A stretch of DNA of 64,000 nucleotides, from positions 60,245-124,244 of the forward strand of contig CAKNXK010000010.1 of NCBI GenBank assembly GCA_932182025.1, given 5' to 3'. Every line of letters begins with the position of its first letter. Position 1 is the stretch's first letter. The stretch comes from an uncultured Candidatus Melainabacteria bacterium. GTDB lineage: Bacteria; Cyanobacteriota; Vampirovibrionia; Gastranaerophilales; Gastranaerophilaceae. The notes under the pieces were generated by a model. It searched no databases and had not been told where the DNA came from. It was given only the letters and a program-made list of their open reading frames with translations. A program made the translations under genes and the position numbers. This document shows positions 19,414-29,432 of the stretch, piece after piece.

Positions 19414-20580
19414 TTAATTACCTTTATAAAATCTGTACGCCTTCATACTTGCTTTAAATATCTCTTTAAAATTAGGTTTCTCTGTTTCAAATAAAGCTTC
19501 ATCCAATATAAACTCGCCCAAAAGCTCTCCATTAGTTGAACTATATATCTTTGTTCTTGGAAGCTCTTTTGTTTTTGATGAATATTTTCCGCCCTTACTT
19601 CTTTCAGTTGCTGCTGTTGTTGCAGCCATATCAAGAACATCTTTCTTTTCACTAAAAGAGTATTTGTTCCAAACATTCGGCAAAACATAAAACTTATTTT
19701 CATCCGCTGTAATTGTATGACCTTCAAAATACAAAGAAGTATAAGCATTAACCGCACGCTCAACTTTAGTCATAGTCTGAGAGCTTTTATCAGGTGCAGT
19801 TTTAGTTTCATCTATTGCTGCAAAAGCAAGTGCAAAAACAAGTGCTAAAATAATTGCAACTATAACTATAGGGAACACAAATACAGCTAAAACAGCAAAA
19901 GCAATACTTTGATTTTCTTGAGAATGTTTAAAGTCTTCATCACTTTTCCATTTTTTATTCTTATATGCCCATTCATTACCCTTTAAACCGCAAAGCAATT
20001 GATAATAAAACCCTATCGGAGTCCATCCCAGTAATATTATCCACAATGTTTTGTAAGATTTATTTATCAAACCCCAAATCCAGGTTCCAAAGAACGCACC
20101 CCAATTGAAATCTTTACGGAAGTCATAAGGAATATTTCCTGTAACTTTTCCTTTTTGAAAAACAAGATATAAAAAGAAAATTGAATTAATCAAACTAATT
20201 AACAGCATAAGTCCAAACGGAAACATAAAACTCAATGCGCCAATAGCCACGAAGGTTCCTATTATAATATTCCCGTTTTTATTCACATATCCGTTAATAT
20301 CATTAAACCTTCTAATCCAATTTGAAAGAGAAGCATATAAAACACCTGCAATTCCAGCTAAAACCCAGAATTTCATAAACCAGGATGCTTGCCAAAACAG
20401 CTTATTAAGACTGAAAAAATCAACCATTGTTTGAGCATGTGATGCAAAATGCAGACTTAGCGGAGTCATAAATATAGCACTTATCATGCACAAATAAACT
20501 ATATTCAAACAAAAATCTCTTCTTCCAATAACACCTTCAAAGTCTATTAACTTTGTATTTAATCTTAATTCATCAATCAT
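19414..20580 (-). CDS. Multi-TM protein with a DUF805-like N-terminus, a DUF2628-like module and a soluble C-terminal domain
   Basis: GVIGRRDFCLNIVYL (DUF805-like), then FNWGAFFGTWIWGLINKSY...GLKGNEWAYKNKKWKS, which is paralogous to 18995..19393. Confidence 0.6.
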   Translation of the reverse strand: MIDELRLNTKLIDFEGVIGRRDFCLNIVYLCMISAIFMTPLSLHFASHAQTMVDFFSLNKLFWQASWFMKFWVLAGIAGVLYASLSNWIRRFNDINGYVNKNGNIIIGTFVAIGALSFMFPFGLMLLISLINSIFFLYLVFQKGKVTGNIPYDFRKDFNWGAFFGTWIWGLINKSYKTLWIILLGWTPIGFYYQLLCGLKGNEWAYKNKKWKSDEDFKHSQENQSIAFAVLAVFVFPIVIVAIILALVFALAFAAIDETKTAPDKSSQTMTKVERAVNAYTSLYFEGHTITADENKFYVLPNVWNKYSFSEKKDVLDMAATTAATERSKGGKYSSKTKELPRTKIYSSTNGELLGEFILDEALFETEKPNFKEIFKASMKAYRFYKGN

Positions 20581-20653
20581 ATCAACTCTCTCTTTGTATA
20601 ATAATATGAATTATAGCAATTTTTTCAATTCATGACAATAATTTATCTGCATT

Positions 20654-20682
20654 AAAAAAGGGCGGCTGTTTTACAGCCGCCC
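20654..20682 (-). terminator. Rho-independent terminator after the glycyl-radical cistron
   Basis: Stem gggcggctg/cagccgccc. A U-run follows on the minus-strand transcript. Confidence 0.7.
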
Positions 20683-20698
20683 TTTATAATATTTCTAA

Positions 20699-20941
20699 TT
20701 AACAACCGATTGAACCGTGGAAAGTTCTTGAAATAACATCATCTTGTTGTTCTTTAGTTAACTTGATGAAGTTTACAGCATAACCTGAAACTCTCACTGT
20801 TAATTGAGGATATTTTTCAGGATGAGCTTGAGCATCAAGCAAAGTGTCTCTGTTGAATACGTTTACGTTTAGGTGGTGTCCGCCTTTTTCAACATAACCG
20901 TCTAATAAATTTATTAAATTTTCTTCTTGTTGTGTTGCCAT
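20699..20941 (-). CDS. Stand-alone glycyl-radical domain (C-terminal piece of PFL, mini GrcA/YfiD-like)
   Basis: The 80-aa product contains GGHHLNVNV...[34 protein letters not shown], the RVSGY glycyl-radical loop of PflB/GrcA. It has its own RBS (GAAAGGAAAA) and ATG. Confidence 0.85.
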   Translation of the reverse strand: MATQQEENLINLLDGYVEKGGHHLNVNVFNRDTLLDAQAHPEKYPQLTVRVSGYAVNFIKLTKEQQDDVISRTFHGSIGC

Positions 20942-20963
20942 TTTAGTTTTCCTTTCTTTAAAA

Positions 20964-20992
20964 GGTTGTTAGTGGCTTTGCCACTAACAACC
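20964..20992 (-). promoter_or_regulatory. Intercistronic 13-bp hairpin spanning the stop codon of the PFL large cistron
   Basis: ggttgttagtggc-ttt-gccactaacaacc. On the transcript it contains both in-frame stops (UAG, UAA) and is followed by UUUU. Confidence 0.6.
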
Positions 20993-23068
20993 GCATGTTC
21001 CTTCACAACATCCGCAGTCAAGCTGAATGTCTAAATCACCCATGAATACTTCATCTTTACCTAAAGCGTTAGGAATAATTGAGAAAGTATTTGAGATACC
21101 GTCTTGAGCATCGCTGAACGGAAGTTTAGCTACTGAAGCAAGTGATGCTACTGCACCGTGAGTATCACGTCCGTGCATTGGGTTAGCACCAGGAGCTAGA
21201 GGAATACCGGCTTTTCTACCGTCAGGAGTGTTACCTGTCTTTTTACCGTAAACAACATTAGAAGTAATTGTTAAGATAGACATTGTAGGAATAGAATTTC
21301 TATAAGTATAGTGGCTTCTAATCATGTTCATGAATTTCTTAACAAGGTCTACAGCGATCTGGTCAACTCTGTCATCGTTATTACCGTATTTAGGGAATTC
21401 GCCTTCAACTTCGTAATCAACTACGATACCGTTTTCATCACGAATAGTCTTAACTTTTGCATATTTGATTGCAGAAAGTGAGTCAGCAACAACACTTAAA
21501 CCTGCGATACCTGTAGCGAAATATCTTTTAACGTCTCTATCGTGTAAAGCCATTTGAGATCTTTCGTAACAATATTTGTCATGCATGTAGTGAATTACGT
21601 TCAATGTATTAACATATAGACCAGCTAACCATTCCATCATATCTTCATATCTTGACATTACTTCATCAAAATCAAGGTATTCAGAAGTGATAGGTCTGAA
21701 TTTAGGACCAATTTGTTCTTTAAGTCTTTCGTCAACACCGCCGTTGATAGCATATAATAAACATTTTGCCAAGTTAGCACGTGCACCGAAGAACTGCATT
21801 TCTTTACCAACAACCATTGAAGATACACAGCAAGCGATAGCATAATCATCACCGTGAGTTACTCTCATCATATCATCGTTTTCATATTGGATAGATGAAG
21901 TTGTGATAGAAATGTGTGCAGCATACTGTTTGAAGTTATGTGGTAATCTTTTTGACCACAATACTGTCAAGTTTGGTTCAGGTGCTGTACCTAAGTTTTC
22001 AAGTGTGTGTAAGTAACGGAAAGAGTTTTTAGTAACCATGTGACGTCCGTCAATACCAACACCACCAATTGATTCAGTTACCCAAGTAGGATCGCCGGAG
22101 AACAGTGCATTGTATTCAGGAGTTCTTGCGAACTTAACTAATCTTAACTTCATGATGAAGTGGTCAATCATTTCCTGAGCTTGTTCTTCTGTAATTAAAC
22201 CTTTTTTAAGGTCTCTTTCGATGAAGATGTCTAAGAAAGTAGAAGTTCTACCAACTGACATTGCTGCACCATTTTGTTCTTTAACAGCTGACAAGTAACC
22301 AAAATATAACCATTGAATAGCTTCTTTAGCGTTTGAAGCAGGCTTTCTGATATCGAAGCCATAAGTATCGCCTAATTGAGCCATTTCTTGAAGAGCTCTG
22401 ATTTGTTCAGCAATTTCTTCTTTCAATTGAATTTTTTCAGGTGTCATTTCACCGTGAAGAGAAGCGTGCTGCTCTTTTTTATCTTCAATAAGTCTGTCAA
22501 TACCATAAAGAGCAACTCTTCTATAGTCACCAATAATACGGCCGCGGCCATAAGCGTCAGGCAATCCTGTTAAGATAGCAGAGTGACGAGCAGCTCTCAT
22601 TTCCGGAGTGTAAGCATCAAAAACACCTTGGTTGTGAGTTTTTCTGTATTTTGTGAAGATTTCAGAAACTTCAGCATCTACTTCATAACCATAAGATTTG
22701 CAAGAAGTTTCAGCCATTCTGATACCACCGAATGGTTGAAGAGATCTTTTAAGAGGTGCGTCTGTTTGAACACCAACGATAGTTTCTAAATCTTTATCGA
22801 TATAACCTGCACCGTGTGAAGTGATTGTAGAAACGATTTTTGTGTCCATATCAAGAACACCACCGTTTTCACGTTCTTTTTTGAACAATTCGCAGCATTC
22901 TTCCCACAATTTTGTAGTAGCTGCAGTTGGCCCAGCTAAGAAGCTAGAATCACCATCATAAGGTGTGTAGTTTTTTTGGATAAAATCTCTTACATTGATT
23001 TCTGACTGCCATTTGCCGCCTACGAAATCAGTTGCAGAAGATTGTCTTTCTAATGTTAATTCTGACAT
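20984..23068 (-). CDS. pflB: Pyruvate formate-lyase, large catalytic fragment lacking the glycyl-radical domain
   Basis: Recognisable PflB-like sequence from the N-terminus through ...[16 protein letters not shown], including the active-site Cys pair (IACCVS). It then ends in a Cys-rich tail [11 protein letters not shown]. Start set at MSELTLERQ, preceded by AAGGAGAT, whereas the ORF track starts at 23119. Confidence 0.9.
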   Translation of the reverse strand: MSELTLERQSSATDFVGGKWQSEINVRDFIQKNYTPYDGDSSFLAGPTAATTKLWEECCELFKKERENGGVLDMDTKIVSTITSHGAGYIDKDLETIVGVQTDAPLKRSLQPFGGIRMAETSCKSYGYEVDAEVSEIFTKYRKTHNQGVFDAYTPEMRAARHSAILTGLPDAYGRGRIIGDYRRVALYGIDRLIEDKKEQHASLHGEMTPEKIQLKEEIAEQIRALQEMAQLGDTYGFDIRKPASNAKEAIQWLYFGYLSAVKEQNGAAMSVGRTSTFLDIFIERDLKKGLITEEQAQEMIDHFIMKLRLVKFARTPEYNALFSGDPTWVTESIGGVGIDGRHMVTKNSFRYLHTLENLGTAPEPNLTVLWSKRLPHNFKQYAAHISITTSSIQYENDDMMRVTHGDDYAIACCVSSMVVGKEMQFFGARANLAKCLLYAINGGVDERLKEQIGPKFRPITSEYLDFDEVMSRYEDMMEWLAGLYVNTLNVIHYMHDKYCYERSQMALHDRDVKRYFATGIAGLSVVADSLSAIKYAKVKTIRDENGIVVDYEVEGEFPKYGNNDDRVDQIAVDLVKKFMNMIRSHYTYRNSIPTMSILTITSNVVYGKKTGNTPDGRKAGIPLAPGANPMHGRDTHGAVASLASVAKLPFSDAQDGISNTFSIIPNALGKDEVFMGDLDIQLDCGCCEGTCGC

Positions 23069-23201
23069 TTTTATCTCCTTACTTTGTGCCGTGCAAGCAC
23101 GACTTTCTATTACTAACATTTCTTTACGTAATATTATACTACCAACATAAAATATAAAACAGTTGTAATAACAACAATTATTAAGATTTTATTAAAATTA
23201 A

Positions 23202-23675
23202 TCAATTACACCCTTTACAGCCATCTTTGCATGCTGCGCATTTTTCGGGCATTTTATTTTCTTTAATATAATACTCAAAACTTTTAAGCCATTTGGGTTC
23301 TTTACAGGAACATTTCTGCATAAATGTTAAATACGCTGTAAAACGATCTAAAACTTCATCAGGCATTGAAAACTCAAGCTCTTTTGAATAATCTTTCTCA
23401 AGCATTAAACTTTCTGATAAAAATTGTTTAATAATCTCATGTCTTTTTATATTAAGTAACGCAGTATCCCGTCCTTTTGAAGTCAACGTAATAACACCAT
23501 ACGGCTTATAATTAATAAATCCTTTTTTTACAAGAGCCTTAACCGCTTCTGATGTTGAAGCTGCATTAGCTCCGATTTTTTCAGATACATCTCGGACTCG
23601 CGCTGCAGCCTCTGACTCAATTATTTCATAAATCGCAGCCAAATATTTTTCAAGACTTTTACTTAATTCTTTCAT
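23202..23675 (-). CDS. DtxR/MntR-family metal-dependent regulator with Cys-rich C-terminal extension
   Basis: N-terminal LEKYLAAIYEI...VRDVSEKIGANAASTSEAVKALVKKGFINYKPYGVITLTSKG wHTH. The C-terminus carries 7 Cys (CSCKEP...CAACKDGCKGCN). Confidence 0.75.
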   Translation of the reverse strand: MKELSKSLEKYLAAIYEIIESEAAARVRDVSEKIGANAASTSEAVKALVKKGFINYKPYGVITLTSKGRDTALLNIKRHEIIKQFLSESLMLEKDYSKELEFSMPDEVLDRFTAYLTFMQKCSCKEPKWLKSFEYYIKENKMPEKCAACKDGCKGCN

Positions 23676-23680
23676 ATAAA

Positions 23681-23716
23681 AATTTTATCATAAAATTATT
23701 TTATGGCATGCCATAA
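23681..23716. promoter_or_regulatory. Two perfect palindromes in the divergent regulator/nadA control region
   Basis: aattttatCataaaatt (8-bp arms, 23681-23697) and ttatggcatgccataa (16-bp perfect palindrome, 23701-23716). Confidence 0.4.
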
Positions 23717-23738
23717 TTTTTATGGTAATATAAATCTT

Positions 23739-24644
23739 ATGAATTATATAGAAGAAATCAAAAAATTAAAAAATGAAAAAAATGCAATTATTCTAACTCA
23801 TTGTTATCAACCCATAGAAATAGATGAAGTTTCGGATTATGTCGGAGATTCGTTTTATCTGAGTAAAAAAGCTGCTGAAACTAATGCGGATATTATCGTT
23901 TTTGCAGGCGTGCATTTTATGGCACAAAGTGCAAAACTCCTTAATCCAAATAAAAAAGTTCTTCTGCCAAACCCTAAATCAGGATGTTTTATGGCAGATA
24001 TGATTGGTGTTAATGAATTAAGACAATTTAAGAGTAAATATTCAAATATTCCTGCAGTTTGTTATATTAATTCAACAGCAGAAGTCAAAGCTGAATGTGA
24101 TATTTGCTGCACAAGTTCAAATGCAATTGATGTAGTAAAAAGTCTAGGCGCAGATAAGATTTTATTCTTACCGGACACATATTTAGGCAAGTGGATAGAA
24201 GAAAAACTCGGCAATATCAAAGTTATTACCTACAACGGATTTTGTCCAACTCATTTGAGAATAAGAATTGAAGATATGGAAAATTCTCGAAAACAATATC
24301 CAAATGCAAAAATTCTGGCGCATCCAGAATGCCATACAGAAGTTTCTAAACTTGCGGATTTTGTCGGTTCCACAAAAGAGATTATGAATTATGCAAAAGA
24401 AAGCAATGAAAAACAGTTTGTTATAGTAACCGAAAAAGGAGTAGTTGACAGGCTAAAAAGAGATTTGCCACAAAAAGAATTTATTCTTATAAAAGAAGAT
24501 ATTGTTTGTCAGAATATGAAATGGAATTCTTTAGAAGATATTTATAACGCTTTATTAAACGAGGAACACGAAATAGAAGTAAACGAAGAAGTTTTTGAAA
24601 AAGCAAAAAAATGTATAAAAAGGATGATGGGGGTAAATATATAA
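23739..24644 (+). CDS. nadA: Quinolinate synthase NadA
   Basis: MNYIEEIKKLKNEKNAIILTHCYQ...DYVGDSFYLSKKA...GVHFMAQSAKLL, which resembles NadA sequences I recall. Start at the second Met, whereas the ORF track starts at 23703. Confidence 0.9.
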   Translation: MNYIEEIKKLKNEKNAIILTHCYQPIEIDEVSDYVGDSFYLSKKAAETNADIIVFAGVHFMAQSAKLLNPNKKVLLPNPKSGCFMADMIGVNELRQFKSKYSNIPAVCYINSTAEVKAECDICCTSSNAIDVVKSLGADKILFLPDTYLGKWIEEKLGNIKVITYNGFCPTHLRIRIEDMENSRKQYPNAKILAHPECHTEVSKLADFVGSTKEIMNYAKESNEKQFVIVTEKGVVDRLKRDLPQKEFILIKEDIVCQNMKWNSLEDIYNALLNEEHEIEVNEEVFEKAKKCIKRMMGVNI

Positions 24645-24646
24645 GT

Positions 24647-25684
24647 ATGAAAATATTAGTAGGATTATCTGGCGGTGTAGATTCCTCTGTAGCTGCGCTT
24701 ATTTTGAAACAACAAGGACACGAAGTAATTGGCGCAACAATGTCTATATATCGGGATAAAGGATTAAAAAAACATAGCTGCTCTCATGGCGCTTGCTATG
24801 GGCCTGATGAAAAAGAAGATATTGAAGCAGCGCGTAGAATTGCCGAACAAATTGAAATACCATATTATGTATTTGACTGTGTAGAAGAATACGAACGAAT
24901 TGTACTTGAAAACTTTAAGTCAGAATATATTCAAGGCAAAACCCCAAATCCTTGTATTTGGTGCAATTCACAAGTAAAATTCGGGGTTTTGCCACAGCTT
25001 GCCCGACAACACGGATTGGATTTTGACAAATTCGCAACAGGTCATTACTCCAGAGTTGAAAACGGAATTTTAAAACGAGGAAAAGACCATAAAAAAGATC
25101 AATCATATTTCTTATATCGTCTAAAACCTGAACAATTAGAAAATATAATTTTGCCTCTCGGGGGTTATACAAAAGATGAAATAAGACAAATAGCAAAAGA
25201 TAATGGTTTGGATGTAGCCGAAAAACCTGATAGTCAAGATTTTTACGAAGGTGACTACAATGAACTCCTTGGTATTGAAGAAAAAGAAGGTAATATTGTT
25301 GATTTATCAGGAAAAATCTTGGGTAAACACAAAGGAATTTGGAACTACACAATAGGACAGCGTAAAGGCTTAGGAGTCAGTGCAGAAGAAGCTTTATACG
25401 TTTTGGAGCTGAGAGCAGAAACCAACGAAGTTGTTGTTGGCTTTAAAGATAAAACAATGAGTAACATTTTAAAAGCAGCCAATCTTAATTGGATTCAACC
25501 AATGCAAGCAAAATGTACGGCAAAAATCCGTTCAACACAACAGCCAAGTAGTGTTAGCGTTAAAGAAGTCGAAAACGGAGTAATAGAAGTAGTATTTGAA
25601 AACATGCAAAAATCAATCGCTTCAGGACAGTCCATTGTTCTGTATGATGGTGATGTTGTTTTAGGCGGAGGAATTATTTTATGA
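24647..25684 (+). CDS. mnmA: tRNA 2-thiouridine(34) synthase MnmA
   Basis: MKILVGLSGGVDSSV PP-loop, NPCIWCN, and ATGHY...KDQSYFLY. Confidence 0.9.
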   Translation: MKILVGLSGGVDSSVAALILKQQGHEVIGATMSIYRDKGLKKHSCSHGACYGPDEKEDIEAARRIAEQIEIPYYVFDCVEEYERIVLENFKSEYIQGKTPNPCIWCNSQVKFGVLPQLARQHGLDFDKFATGHYSRVENGILKRGKDHKKDQSYFLYRLKPEQLENIILPLGGYTKDEIRQIAKDNGLDVAEKPDSQDFYEGDYNELLGIEEKEGNIVDLSGKILGKHKGIWNYTIGQRKGLGVSAEEALYVLELRAETNEVVVGFKDKTMSNILKAANLNWIQPMQAKCTAKIRSTQQPSSVSVKEVENGVIEVVFENMQKSIASGQSIVLYDGDVVLGGGIIL

Positions 25685-26568
25685 ACAAAGATGAATTATT
25701 AAAACTATATGAATTAGACTTAGATGAACTAATAGCAAAAGTTGAAAAACTTCCATTCAACCGTGAATTAGAAGTTTGTTCAATAATCAGTGCAAAAACA
25801 GGCAAATGCGGAGAAAACTGCAAGTACTGCTCACAAAGCATACATAACCACGCAGAAATCCATTGCCACCCGCTTCTTGAAGTAGAAGAAGTTAAAGAAA
25901 AAGCACTTCTAGCCAAAGCAAATGGCGCAACAAGATTTTGTATTGTAACATCAGGCAGAGGCGAAAGCGGCAAAGATTTTGAAAAGATTTTAGAAATGAT
26001 TAAATCCGTTGCTTCAATCGAAGGTATTCATTGCTGTGCTTCACTTGGACTTTTAACAGAAGAACAAATTAAACAAATCAAAGAAGCAGGAGTCGAAAGA
26101 TTTAACCATAATATTAATACTTCTAAAAATTATCATGATAAAATCTGCACAACCCATACCTTTGAAGACAGAATAAATACAGTAAAAATGATTACAAAAA
26201 ATGGGATTGAAGCCTGTACAGGAGTAATTATCGGAATGGGTGAAACCCGTGAGGACAGGGTTGATATGGCATTAGCACTTGCAGCGCTAAACCCCAAAAC
26301 AGTTCCAATAAACGTACTCAACCCAGTTAAAGGCACTCCGTTAGAAAATTATGAGGATAAAATAACAGAAGAAGAAGTCTTAAAAACAATCTGTATCTTT
26401 AGACTCGCGATGCCGGAAACAATTTTGCGCTACGCAGGCGGACGCAACACAAGGTTATCGGAAAAATCACAAATATTGGGATTAAAAGCAGGTATTAACG
26501 GACTGCTTGCAGGTGATTATTTAACAACAAAAGGAAAAGCAATAGAAAAAGATGTTTTATTAAAATAA
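25681..26568 (+). CDS. bioB: Biotin synthase BioB (radical SAM)
   Basis: SAKTGKCGENCKYCSQS, FNHNINTS and ACTGVIIGMGE, with conserved 2Fe-2S Cys positions (RFCIV, HCCASLG). Confidence 0.8.
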   Translation: MNKDELLKLYELDLDELIAKVEKLPFNRELEVCSIISAKTGKCGENCKYCSQSIHNHAEIHCHPLLEVEEVKEKALLAKANGATRFCIVTSGRGESGKDFEKILEMIKSVASIEGIHCCASLGLLTEEQIKQIKEAGVERFNHNINTSKNYHDKICTTHTFEDRINTVKMITKNGIEACTGVIIGMGETREDRVDMALALAALNPKTVPINVLNPVKGTPLENYEDKITEEEVLKTICIFRLAMPETILRYAGGRNTRLSEKSQILGLKAGINGLLAGDYLTTKGKAIEKDVLLK

Positions 26569-27459
26569 AGCTTTTATAAACTCTTGTGAATTAAAAGGTT
26601 TTAAGTCTTCCATCTTTTCACCAACTCCAACAAGTTTAACAGGAAGGCTTAAATCTTTTGCAATAGCAAGCACAATTGCACCTTTAGCCGAACCGTCAAG
26701 TTTAGTCAAAGCTACTGCTGTAAGATTAACACATTCTTTAAAAACTTTAGCCTGCTGTAAACCGTTTTGACCTGTGTTTGCATCAATAACAAGCATACTT
26801 TCACGCAAGCTTTCAGGTGCATTTTTATCAATAACGGTTTTAATTTTAGAAAGTTCTTCCATTAAGTTAAATTTGTTTTGCAAACGTCCTGCTGTATCAA
26901 CTAAAATAACATCATAGTTTTCGTTTTTAGCTTTTTGTATAGCTTCATAAACAACAGAAGCGGGATCTGCTTTATCACGTCTTACAATGTCAGCACCGGA
27001 GCGTTTTGACCAGATTTCAACCTGTTCCTCTGCTGCTGCACGGAAAGTATCACCTGCTGCAATTAAAACGCGCTTGCCCTGTTCTTTGAACATATAAGCC
27101 ATTTTCCCGATAAGAGTGGTTTTTCCTGCGCCGTTTACCCCTGTGATGAAGTAAATATTGAGTTCACCATCTTTGAAATTCAACTCGCTTGAGCCTGCTT
27201 CATCGAGAGTTTTCAAAAATTCTTCTTCCAAAAACTTTTTAACCTCAGATGGTTTAATTTTGGTTTGATTACGAAGCTTATCTGTTAATTCAGAAGCATA
27301 GTTCACTCCCAAATCAGCAGAAATAAGTACATCTTCCATATCATCAAGGACAAACTCACTAAACTCAGCTTCTTCTGAAACAGAGTCAACAACATTACCG
27401 ACAAGCGCCTGCGCTGTCTTCGATACTGTTGTTTTGAGTTTGTCAAAAAGATTAAACAT
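26560..27459 (-). CDS. ftsY: Signal recognition particle receptor FtsY (NG domain only)
   Basis: GVNGAGKTTLIGKMA, DTAGRLQNK and TKLDGSAKGA motifs. Confidence 0.9.
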   Translation of the reverse strand: MFNLFDKLKTTVSKTAQALVGNVVDSVSEEAEFSEFVLDDMEDVLISADLGVNYASELTDKLRNQTKIKPSEVKKFLEEEFLKTLDEAGSSELNFKDGELNIYFITGVNGAGKTTLIGKMAYMFKEQGKRVLIAAGDTFRAAAEEQVEIWSKRSGADIVRRDKADPASVVYEAIQKAKNENYDVILVDTAGRLQNKFNLMEELSKIKTVIDKNAPESLRESMLVIDANTGQNGLQQAKVFKECVNLTAVALTKLDGSAKGAIVLAIAKDLSLPVKLVGVGEKMEDLKPFNSQEFIKALF

Positions 27460-27461
27460 TC

Positions 27462-28121
27462 TTACTTAAGTCCGTTTTCTACAATAACTTTTGCTAAAAT
27501 ACCATTAACAAATGATGAAGAATCTTCTGTTGAGTATTTTTTAGCAAGCTCTACAGCTTCATCACAAACTACTTTTAACGGAGTACCTTTTATATAAAGA
27601 AGCTCTGTAATTGCAATTCTTAAGATATCTTTATCCATTTTAACAAGTCTTGAAATATCCCAGCCGTTAGCATATTTTTGGATTTCAGCATCAACTGTTT
27701 TGTGATTAAGTTTGAACTGTTCTGCGATTTCAATCGTGTAATTTCTAACTTCAGATTGGTTTTCCAATGTTGTAAATTCAGCAATTTCCAATGCTAAAAT
27801 TGCTTTTTCAGCAACATCAAGCATGGTATCAACTTTTGTCTGCATCTCATCTGTCATAGGGATTTGAACAGGTTTGTTCTTAGCTCCTAAAGGACGAGAA
27901 AGATTGCTTTCGTGTTCAGCTTCATAATCATCTAACATTGCTTTTATATCGATTAAAGAACCAACTGTAAGTTTAAGTTCTTCTGAAGCTGAGTTAGAAA
28001 GAATTCTAACTGATTTAAGCATAATATTTTCAAAATCATTACGTGAGTAATGTGTTATTTCTTTTTCAAACTGAGAAAATAGTATAAGTGCTAATTCTCT
28101 TGAAGCGCGTCTTGCTTGCAT
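27462..28121 (-). CDS. nusB: Transcription antitermination factor NusB (long form)
   Basis: N-terminal RRASRELALILFSQ and C-terminal LRIAITELLY...EAVELAKKYSTEDSSSFVNGILAKV, with an ~80-aa central insertion. Confidence 0.8.
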   Translation of the reverse strand: MQARRASRELALILFSQFEKEITHYSRNDFENIMLKSVRILSNSASEELKLTVGSLIDIKAMLDDYEAEHESNLSRPLGAKNKPVQIPMTDEMQTKVDTMLDVAEKAILALEIAEFTTLENQSEVRNYTIEIAEQFKLNHKTVDAEIQKYANGWDISRLVKMDKDILRIAITELLYIKGTPLKVVCDEAVELAKKYSTEDSSSFVNGILAKVIVENGLK

Positions 28122-28222
28122 GGGTTTTCTCCTGTATTTTAAATTTAAAATTAATCTATATTAACCACTTAATCATATCACAAAAAATATGGTATAATTA
28201 AAAAAGTTTTAGGAGATAAATT

Positions 28223-29404
28223 ATGAAAAAAAGAGCGGTAATTATCGTAATTGACTCAATGGGAATTGGCGCAATGCCTGATTGTAAAGAGTTCGGCGAT
28301 ACAGAACAATGTAATACATTAAGAAATGTTTGTGCTTTTAATAACGGACTTGATGTTCCTGTTTTAGAGGCTTTAGGACTTGGAAATATTCAGACTTTTG
28401 AAGGGATTGAAAAAACATCCACTCCAATAGGACAATATGGAACACTTCAGGAAAAATCCAAAGGCAAAGATACAACAACAGGTCATTGGGAAATAGCAGG
28501 ACTTGTTAGCGAAAAACCTTTTGCGACCTTTCCAAACGGATTCCCAAAAGAATTGGTTGACAAATTTATTGCAGAAACAAATTGCAGCGGAATTTTAGCA
28601 AACATTCCTGCCAGCGGTACTGCAATTATTGAACAATTGAATGATGAACATCATGCTACAAAATATCCGATTGTTTACACATCAGCCGACAGCGTGTTCC
28701 AAATAGCTGTTGATACTGACTTAATCCCGCTTGAAACACTTTATGATTGGTGTGAAACCGCGCGTCGAATTCTTGATGAGGATAATTATAATACAGCACG
28801 TGTTATTGCTCGTCCTTACAAAGTTATTGACGGCAAACCAACCAGAATTTCTAAAGACAGACGCGACTATTCAATGGTACCGCCAAAAGAAACAACTTTA
28901 GACAGAGCAAAAGCTAAAGGAATGAAGGTTATTGGTATTGGAAAAATTGAAGATATTTTCTCTAAAAAAGGTATCACGCACGCAATCCACACAGGCTCAA
29001 ACAAAGAAGGTTTGGAACTAACAATTAAAGCCTTAAAAGATGAACTTCCTCTTACTGAAATGAAATACAACGAGGTAAATATTACCAACGAAGATAGAGA
29101 AATAATTTTTACAAACCTTGTTGATACAGATATGCTTTTTGGTCACAGAAATAATGCAGAAGGTTATGGCAAAGCAATAGAAGAAATCGACGATTATTTA
29201 GAAGAAATTTTGCCGTTGATTAATGAAAATGATTTATTAATAATCACCGCCGACCACGGCTGCGACCCGACAGTTGAGGGAACAGACCACACAAGAGAAT
29301 ATGTACCTGTTTTGTATTATTCAAAAGGCATTGAACCAAAAGATTTAGGTTTGACTCTTGGATTTGATTCAATTGCAGAACGAATAGAAAATTGGATATT
29401 TTAA
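28223..29404 (+). CDS. deoB: Phosphopentomutase DeoB
   Basis: MKKRAVIIVIDSMGIGAMPD, GKDTTTGHWE and ITADHGCDPT motifs. Confidence 0.9.
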   Translation: MKKRAVIIVIDSMGIGAMPDCKEFGDTEQCNTLRNVCAFNNGLDVPVLEALGLGNIQTFEGIEKTSTPIGQYGTLQEKSKGKDTTTGHWEIAGLVSEKPFATFPNGFPKELVDKFIAETNCSGILANIPASGTAIIEQLNDEHHATKYPIVYTSADSVFQIAVDTDLIPLETLYDWCETARRILDEDNYNTARVIARPYKVIDGKPTRISKDRRDYSMVPPKETTLDRAKAKGMKVIGIGKIEDIFSKKGITHAIHTGSNKEGLELTIKALKDELPLTEMKYNEVNITNEDREIIFTNLVDTDMLFGHRNNAEGYGKAIEEIDDYLEEILPLINENDLLIITADHGCDPTVEGTDHTREYVPVLYYSKGIEPKDLGLTLGFDSIAERIENWIF

Positions 29405-29432
29405 TTTTTAATATTTAGTTGTATAATAATTT

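Noticed and set aside
20942-20983. Stop-codon readthrough or T4 gene-60-style translational bypassing across the 42-nt in-frame spacer of the split PFL. A stop codon sits inside a hairpin right after the last sense codons.
   Set aside because: The spacer holds two in-frame stops (TAG and TAA). I found no matching take-off and landing codon pair. The downstream cistron has its own good RBS and ATG, so independent initiation is the simpler explanation. I keep bypassing only as a remote alternative.
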